From Paraspadella gotoi (taxonomy: Eukaryota > Animalia > Chaetognatha), in contig JBJCIZ010000535.1 in assembly GCA_051294375.1 (NCBI GenBank), positions 1-6,116 on the forward strand: DNA of 6,116 nucleotides, read 5' to 3'. The notes beneath the pieces are model-generated. The model saw only the letters and a program-made list of their open reading frames with translations, made no database searches and was not told where the DNA came from. Positions 1 to 6,116 of this stretch are shown here, one piece after another. The translations under genes were made by a program, and so were the position numbers. The first letter of the stretch is position 1; each line of letters starts with the position of its first letter.

Positions 1-781
1 ATCTATTTTAATCAAAAAAAATTTAAGATGCAGTGCATTCTGATGAAATTGATGAAGACACTTCACCATCCTCAAAATCGATGAAAACATCCGATTTTTG
101 GTATTACTCAGATAAAAAAATTTCTTATTTGGGTTTAGATACCTGTGGTGCAAATATTTTGGCACCAGTTACCCCATAATAAGTACTATCCTGGTCATTA
201 GGGCGGATCTGGTCCAGTAAAAGGCATCATTTGATATTTCATATTTTAAAATATTTTACGGATCTAATAAATATGCAATAGATTAAAGACACTTACTCTA
301 CATTTGAATTAAATTTTTTTGCTATTGCTTTTAATATTTTTTAAAGTTTTACATGAAACTTTTATTTCTTTCTTTAGTCTTTTATTATAATTATATTAAC
401 AAAAAGAAGGTAACATTTTTTTACCCTTATATTAGGACTAAGCTCTGACGAAACAAAGCTCAGAGGTTTTTTTATTATTCTAATTACCGGCCAAGGGTAG
501 AATGATTGGCAATATTGTTTAATAATTAAGTTTAAAAATCCTACCATAAAATAGAAAATATCAACCAAAATCTTTCGGAAAATTCACCCCTTCTTTGGAA
601 GATTTTCGCACATAGAAGATTTTTCCCCGAATCGACCCGGTTGAAAACTCCTAATAGAATTTCCGATCGATTAGCTCCTCTTTATACTTTTTACTTCTAA
701 ATAAATTCACTCCAAAATGACTAATGCACTCTTCCCATGATTCGTATATATCAAATAACCAAAAATGTAAAGAAAATTTTG

Positions 782-1035
782 GAGAGCCCTTCAGAACATA
801 TGGCTATTGGATTCCTTGAATTTGAAGTTTATGATTTAAAATTCACACATATGTTGAAAATGACAGTTGACAATTGTTGAATTGAGAAATCCTTTATTTT
901 TATATATAAAATTGCATCGAAAATATCATTCCCGAGCGGACCAGCTCCATTTGAATCTGATGGTTTTGATGTCAAAATGATTGGGTATTATTTTGGTCCA
1001 AGGAGGAAAAAAAAAATGTCCGAGAGCCCTTCAGA
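782..1035. repeat. 14-bp direct repeat GAGAGCCCTTCAGA (782-795 and 1022-1035) in the flank
   Basis: Two exact copies 240 bp apart, each preceded by CCAA and an A-rich run. Confidence 0.6.
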
Positions 1036-1233
1036 TGCAAAGGATCGAAATCGAGTGTTTTTATATCTATTTTACCTGAATTTTTCCAGAGGGCGTTGAC
1101 ATTATTTGGTAGTAATTTTAACGAAAATTCCCCATTGAAAAAAAAGGGTTCTTCCTCGAATTTCTTCCTTAAGAACGACGTAAGACTCCTACTTATATCA
1201 TAATATATATACAGCCATTTCCTTATTGCGACT

Positions 1234-1477
1234 TGATAAACTCACGTTCGTGGACGCAACAAGTTTTAGAGTACAGAAATAATTTATTCTTCAACAAGGT
1301 TAATAAACGAATCAATCAGTCAAAAGGCTCGTGCTAAGTCTATAAACAATGGATATTATAACAAGTCAAAGATGACCATATAAGAGACATGCATGGGAAA
1401 TGATCGGAGGTAAGGTTTGGGTAAGGACAGTTTTTTGAACCGAGGTTGCGTGTTGTTTGATTGTTGTCTGCTCCACA
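1234..1477 (-). repeat. Putative 3' LTR (about 240 bp)
   Basis: Begins TGTGGAG at 1477 (or TG at 1479) right after the PPT; contains TATAAT-like sequence near 1355-1360 and AATAAA at 1288-1283; candidate ...TTTATCA end at 1234. The end is tentative because no second LTR copy is in the window. Confidence 0.6.
1283..1288 (-). promoter_or_regulatory. Polyadenylation signal AATAAA in the putative LTR
   Basis: tttatt on the plus strand at 1283-1288, followed on the minus strand by T/GT-rich sequence (TTATTTCTGT...CTTGTTGCGT). Confidence 0.5.
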
Positions 1478-1490
1478 CATCCCCCCAACC
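1478..1490 (-). promoter_or_regulatory. Polypurine tract (plus-strand primer)
   Basis: GGTTGGGGGGATG on the minus strand about 100 nt after the integrase stop and directly before TGTGGAG. Confidence 0.8.
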
Positions 1491-1590
1491 AAAGGCTTCG
1501 ACGGATGGGGAGAAGGCTTTGAAGGAGAAGTTAGGATGCATCGTCGTTTTCGTCGTCGTCTCCGGGGCTGCAAGCAGTCTCGGCAGATAA

Positions 1591-2208
1591 TTAAGGAGAC
1601 AGACCGGGGATCGATGATGATTGTCGGCGAACGACTTGCGGCATCGTGGTGGATGCAGCTGGCGGCGCTTCCGTTTCCGGAGGTGGAGGCGCTGGTGCCG
1701 AAACGCGACGCGGTCGTCCGCGTGGACGTGCTCGTGGCGGATCTGCAGGCGCGACTTCGTCAGTGACGGCCGGTTTGAGACGATCGACAGAGATGACTTC
1801 GACGCCGCGTCCTGGAATTTCGACTTTAAAAGTTTTTGGTCCTCGTTCGCGCACGATGTAAGGGCCGTCGTACGGGGGCTGGAGCGGCGTTGAGTGACCA
1901 TCGCGTCTGATATAGACGCGGTCGGCGTCGGCGAGAGTTTCCGGAACGTGAGAGGGCGGCGCCGCGTGCCAAGCGGCGGGCAGAGGCTGCATGAGGGCAA
2001 CATCAGCTCGAAGACTGTCGAGGATTCGTGAGCGAGCGGCGGCGTCGACATCAGTAGCTGGAACCGGAAGTAGCTCGCTGGGGAGCGTCAGCGTCTCACC
2101 CAGCGTCAGCTCAGCGGGAGAGGCGTCGGAATCTTCACGTGGGGTTGCGCGGAGGCTCAAAAGAGTCCAGGGAAGTTGCGCCAGCCAGTTTTCTCCGGCG
2201 GCCGTCAC
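1591..2208 (-). pseudogene. pol: Integrase C-terminal part (end of core, GPY/F domain, AT-hook-like tail), out of frame with upstream pol
   Basis: NWLAQLPWTLLSLRATPREDSDASPAEL, VYIRRD, PLQPPYDGPY (GPY 1866-1858), VISVDRLKPA are typical Gypsy integrase C-terminal motifs; the frame differs from the 896-aa ORF. Confidence 0.92.
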
Positions 2209-2248
2209 AGCGAGCGCGAAGAGCGCCTTCAGGCGTTCGAATGGAGAC

Positions 2249-4663
2249 GGATTGGGGGTGGTAGGCGGTTGTTGTAGAAGGATCGAAACCGGTGACCGCC
2301 GCCACTTGGCGCCACAATTCAGACGTGAATTGGGCGCCGCGATCGGTGGTGACGACGGAAGGGACGCCGAATCGGGAGACCCAGTTCTGTAAGAAGGCGG
2401 CGGCGACGGAGGCGGCGGAGGTGTCGCGGAGCGGCGCCACTTCCGGCCAGCGCGTGAATCGGTCTATCATCGTTAGGAGATGCGTGTGGCCGGAGACAGC
2501 TGGCAGCGGGCCGACAAGGTCGATGTGTACATGCGCGAAACGTTTAGACGGGGGCTCGAAATGTTGGAGCGGCGCGCGGACGTGGCGCTGAGTCTTGGAG
2601 CGCTGGCAGGTGTCGCACGATGCCGCCCACCGCGCAACGTCTGAGGAGACGGAGGGCCAGACGAAGCGCGTCGTTACAAGTTTCTTTGATGCGCGGATTC
2701 CCGGATGAGCGATTCCATGGGTTGCGTCGAAAACGCGTCGGCGACATGATGCGGGGACGAGTGGGCGTGCCCGGGAACCGGAAGTGTCGCAGACGAGCGT
2801 CGTGTTGCCAATGGGGACGTTTTTGAGGCGGAGCGCCGTGTGAGGGTCGCTAAGGAGACGTTGCACATCGTCATCCGTGGCCTGATCGGCCGCCATTGCT
2901 TCAAAATTGACTTGAAGGGCGCCGATGGCGTTGACAGTGGCGGCAATGTCCTCACGCTCTTTTTGCTCGTTCGAAATTGGCTCGGGTCGATTAACGGGGA
3001 TTGGTGACGCTGGCGGAACTGGCGGCGGGGGTGGCGCTTTTGCTGGCGGGCGAGAGAGGGCGTCGGCGACGACGTTTGATTTTCCGGCAATGTGACGGAT
3101 GTCGCCAGTATATTCGGCGATGCCTGCCAACTGGTAGGTCTGTCTCATGGTGTGGGGCTCCGCCTTTTTCCGTAGCGCCGGTACCAGCGAGATATGGTCG
3201 CTGAAAAGCGTGAAGCGACGTCCTTCAAGATATGGGCGGAAGTGGCGGATCGAGGCGTGGGCGGCGAGGAGCTCTTTGTCAAATGGTGGCCATTTGCGTT
3301 GGTTGGGTTTCAGTGGCTTTGAATGAAAACCCAGGGGCTGCCATTGGCTGTCGACGAGCTGCTCGAGGACGGCGCCGACGGCGACGTCGGAGGCGTCGAC
3401 AGTGAGAGCGAGCGAGGCGCCGTCAATTGGGTGGACCAGCATTGTTGAGTCGGCGAGGGCGTCCTTGATCGCCTGAAACGCGGCGTCTTGAGGCGCCGCC
3501 CATTTTAGCGCGCGCGGTTTTCCGCGGAGGACTTCAAGAAGAGGGTCGAGATGATGGGCGGCGTGCGGGACGAAGCGACGATAATAATTGAAGACGCCGA
3601 GAAAGCGTTGGAGCTCTTTGACGGTGGTGGGCGTGGCCATTGCGCGCAGCGCCTCTACTTTCGAGGGAAGAGGACGGACGCCATCTTTGTCGACGTTGTA
3701 GCCAAGGAATTCTAGGCTGGAAGCACCGAAAACGCATTTGGCGCGGTTCACGATGAGGCCATTATCGGCGAGGGCGTTGAAGACGCGCTTGAGGTCCTCC
3801 TGATGTTCTTCGTGAGAGTGCGATGCGACGAGAAGGTCGTCCAAATAAACGAAAACGTGGGGAATGCCGCTCAGGACCTGATCCATCATGCGTTGAAAGT
3901 CCTGACCGGCATTCTTTAACCCAAAGGGCATAAAGAGGAACTCATAGAGGCCAAATGGTGTAATTATTGCAGTTTTGTGGCGATCTTCCTTCGCAACGGG
4001 AATCTGATGATATCCCTTGCATAAGTCGATTTTTGAGAAGACAGTCTTCCCGGCGACGTCGGCGTTGAAGTCCATAAGATGGCGGATCGGGTAGCGGTCG
4101 TCGACGGTGACGCCATTGAGGCGCCGGTAATCGCCGCATGGACGGAGAGAGCCATCGGGTTTCCGAGTAACATGGAGAGGTGACGCCCAAGCGGAAGTGG
4201 AGCGCCGGATAATCCCGAGTTCTAACATCTTTTGGAACTCGGCCTTGGCGGCGGCGAGCTGATCGGGGGCGAGGCGGCGAGCGCGGGCGAAGACGGGCGG
4301 ACCTTTCGTAGGAATATGATGCTCGACGCCGTGCTTTGGCGGCGCCGAGTTGAAGACGAGTTTTGAGAGTTCCGGTCGCTCGTCCAGAAGCCCTGAGTAG
4401 GCATCGCGGACGTGTAAAACGCGGGGCGGCGCCGCGGCGGATGCGGCGTCGCGAGCATGGCCGGCGATGACCATGTAGTCGTCGAGATCAAGGAGAATAC
4501 GGCGCTGATGATCGACGCCAAGATGGTGTTCCATCAAGAAATCAGCACCGAGAATGGGTGTGGCGACGTCGGCGATGATGACGAGATACGGGAAAACTCG
4601 TTTCCCGAGTCGAATCCCCATCTCTTTGATGCCGAAAGTCTCGATGGGCGTATCGTTGGCGGC
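2249..4663 (-). CDS. pol: Pol main intact segment: protease C-half, reverse transcriptase, RNase H, integrase zinc finger and partial core (authentic part of ORF 2135..4825)
   Basis: RT: WASPLH, RPCGDYRRLN, FSKIDLCKGYHQIPV, TPFGLYEF..MPFGLKNA, YLDD (3847-3836). RNase H: LTVDASD (Asp 3397-3395), DKELLA, SDH, NVVADALSR. IN: HGIAHPG (2719)...CDTC (2617-2606), HIDLVGP (Asp 2521-2519), TTDRGAQF (Asp 2344-2342), TTAYHPQS. Confidence 0.96.
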
Positions 4664-4898
4664 CGACGGAAATAGATGGCGTGGGCGTTTGGCAAGCGGC
4701 GAAGCGCGCCGTAACAGCGGCGGGATTCGCTTTCGCGGCGGCCGCGATCGCGGCAGAGCGCCGGAACGAGCGTCGCTCTGAGCCACCGTCGACGAGCCAC
4801 TCCAGGCCGGCGTCAGGTCGCGCACCGAGAAATAGTTTTGAGTCGTTAATAAGGCCGGCGACCGCGGGGCCGACTAGCGGCCGCCGGCGTTGGCATTT
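4535..4898 (-). pseudogene. pol: Aspartic protease region of pol, split across reading frames
   Basis: RPLVGPAVAG..SKLFL and AGLEWLVDGGSE (Asp at 4790-4788) are in the -1 frame relative to gag; ATLVP follows in a third frame; AANDTPIETFG (from 4663) and IADVATPILGADFL (to 4535) are in the frame of the 896-aa ORF. Confidence 0.8.
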
Positions 4899-4901
4899 GA
4901 C
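4854..4901 (-). promoter_or_regulatory. Putative -1 ribosomal frameshift signal at the gag/pol junction
   Basis: Minus strand: G TCA AAT (4901-4895), spacer GCCAAC, stem GCCGGCGGCCGC (4888-4877) pairing with GCGGTCGCCGGC (4865-4854; 11 Watson-Crick pairs plus 1 G-U), 11-nt loop beginning with the gag TAG; the protease N-terminus is in the -1 frame. Confidence 0.65.
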
Positions 4902-6037
4902 GGTGCCATGGGGCATGGGCGGCCATCACGATTGGTCCCGTGGCATTTTACGGCGTTGGCGTTGAAGTGGTAGTGGTAGAAGCATTTTGGTTCGCCGGGA
5001 GGAGGTTCACGTAGAGGGGCGGAGCGAGGAGTCAAAATTGGCCGGCGTTGCTGCTGCTGCTGACGCTGCTGCTGCGGGCGCTGTTGGAATGAGGGACGTT
5101 GCGTCGACCTCGGCGCCGGTCGGCGAACTGCATTTGCGTAAGAGATAGGGGGAGCGTCGACGTCGTTTGTCGATTCGTTTTCCACCTCCAGTAACTCGTC
5201 AACTGCTACTTCGTAGGAGGTAACGGCGTTTATCGAGGTCGAGGCACGTTCAGAGCTTCTAAGTTGGCCGGATGGAAGAAAAAACTCATCGGCGTCTTTG
5301 GCGATATCAACGGGCTTCTTGTCTTTCCTAACGGCGTGTTCCCTTACGCTCTGTGGGAGGGCGGCAGCCAAGATGGCGGCCTTGATGTTCTCGATGGTAA
5401 GGCCTTCGAGGACGGCGTCGATCGTGGAGAGATGCTGAGAGGGAGTGACGCCTTTCAATGACGTCATTTTCAAAGCTTTTGCAGCGCGTCGGTTTGCATC
5501 TTCTCCATAAATATTTTTCAAATGGGCGGCCAGGTTTTTGTGGGCGTCGGGACCTTCGTCGATACGCAAAGCCTGTGGAATAAGGCGATGGCGGGAAATT
5601 GGAATTGCGCAGAGAATGTGCGCCTTCTTCTCCGCCGGCTCGACGACGCCAGTGGCGCCGAATTCCACCGCGGTGTGGTCTAGCCACTCTTCAATGTGGT
5701 CAGGGTCGAAAGTCGTAAGCTTCGGGTTTCGTCTTCTTGTGGGGGCCTCTGAGGAAGGGCGGGGGCGGGTGGCGTCGCCTGTGGAAGCGGCATCGTCGGC
5801 GCCATTGTCTTCTGCTGGGGAAGGCAGTTCCGTTGACGCAGTGCTTGCGTCTGCTGATGGAGGATTTTGTCTGTCCGTGAGCGAGGCGAGTCTTTCGTTC
5901 ATGTCGTAAAACATTTGAAAAAGTTTTTCGATTTTAGTTTCGAGAGATGTTGCAGATGTCGAGGGGGCGGCGTCGTGGAACGCCTCGTCGTGGCCAGTGC
6001 CGTCGGAATGGGAGGCGTTGCGCGTAGTTACTGGCAT
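4874..6037 (-). CDS. gag: Gag polyprotein (capsid-like DUF7041-type region plus CHCC nucleocapsid knuckle)
   Basis: Uninterrupted ORF (open from 6100; ATGs at 6097 and 6037, the latter in A-rich context AAAACAATG, start choice uncertain). KLTTFDPDHIEEWLDHTAVEF..G (from 5722) resembles the KLPPFW..P..WF...E..F pattern of CsRn1-like Gags; CFYH-x9-C-x9-C at 4984-4913; TAG at 4876-4874. Confidence 0.9.
   Translation of the reverse strand: MPVTTRNASHSDGTGHDEAFHDAAPSTSATSLETKIEKLFQMFYDMNERLASLTDRQNPPSADASTASTELPSPAEDNGADDAASTGDATRPRPSSEAPTRRRNPKLTTFDPDHIEEWLDHTAVEFGATGVVEPAEKKAHILCAIPISRHRLIPQALRIDEGPDAHKNLAAHLKNIYGEDANRRAAKALKMTSLKGVTPSQHLSTIDAVLEGLTIENIKAAILAAALPQSVREHAVRKDKKPVDIAKDADEFFLPSGQLRSSERASTSINAVTSYEVAVDELLEVENESTNDVDAPPISYANAVRRPAPRSTQRPSFQQRPQQQRQQQQQRRPILTPRSAPLREPPPGEPKCFYHYHFNANAVKCHGTNRDGRPCPMAPSNANAGGR
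5048..5086 (-). repeat. Imperfect CAG/CAA repeat encoding the Gln-rich Gag linker QQRPQQQRQQQQQ
   Basis: ctg repeats on the plus strand at 5048-5086. Confidence 0.75.
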
Positions 6038-6116
6038 TGTTTTTTCCTCTTCGTCGGCGGGCGTTGGGGGACGTAATTTACTTGGTCGACGGGACATCAA
6101 AGGAGAGAAAAAAAAA

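Larger units (their letters stand above)
1234..6116 (-). mobile_element. Ty3/Gypsy LTR retrotransposon, probably CsRn1-like lineage; 5' end (5' LTR, PBS) outside the window; left boundary approximate
   Basis: gag followed by PR-RT-RH-IN (Gypsy order), YLDD RT motif, GPY/F integrase tail, CHCC knuckle in Gag, G-rich PPT followed by TG-starting AT-richer segment; sharp GC contrast with flank. Confidence 0.96.

Noticed and set aside
146-167. Imperfect inverted repeat TGGTGC...GCACCA
   Set aside because: Short and isolated; no terminator or MITE context.
27-179. Short open stretches and splice-like sites on both strands (e.g. DAVHSDEIDEDTSPSS... on plus), a possible host exon
   Set aside because: About 50 codons, no recognisable homology, and the strand cannot be decided without RNA evidence.
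374-568. 64-aa minus-strand ORF in the flank
   Set aside because: AT-rich, I/K/F/L-biased translation with no recognisable motif; consistent with chance.
1356-2051. 231-aa minus-strand ORF and other alternative-frame or antisense ORFs over gag/pol (possible env or extra gene)
   Set aside because: They overlap authentic coding frames in GC-rich sequence, have no signal peptide or transmembrane segment, and run into the LTR; shadow ORFs. There is no room for env between IN and the PPT.
3700-4300. Prokaryotic RT system (retron, DGR, group II intron, CRISPR-associated RT)
   Set aside because: The RT is embedded in a PR-RT-RH-IN polyprotein with gag and a PPT; no CRISPR array or template/variable repeat pair was seen.
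4823-4876. Stop-codon readthrough: gag and the 896-aa ORF are in the same frame, separated only by one TAG
   Set aside because: The readthrough product would skip the protease catalytic Asp, which is in the -1 frame, and the -1 frame reads like a typical CsRn1-type Pol start (RPLV..AVAG...KLF). The shared frame is probably a by-product of downstream indels. Not fully excluded.
6108-6116. Terminal A run resembling a poly(A) tail
   Set aside because: It is antisense to the element and truncated by the window edge; more simply a T-rich tract in the element's 5' leader.

Overview
Eukaryotic DNA. About 1234-6116 is a Ty3/Gypsy (Metaviridae) LTR retrotransposon on the minus strand, most likely of the CsRn1/Kabuki/Boudicca lineage. 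It has a gag ORF with a DUF7041-like N-terminal domain and a CHCC zinc knuckle, then pol in PR-RT-RNase H-IN order, a polypurine tract and the 3' LTR. The 5' LTR and primer-binding site lie beyond the right edge of the window. Gag and protease appear joined by a -1 frameshift signal (slippery-like site, 6-nt spacer, 12-bp GC stem-loop). RT, RNase H and most of integrase are an intact 2.4-kb reading frame. Tight clusters of indels break the protease and the integrase core, where the catalytic Glu is deleted, so this copy is defective or locally mis-sequenced. Bases 1-1233 are AT-rich host flank with no supportable gene. I see a known element class with several unusual variant motifs, not a demonstrably new biological system.
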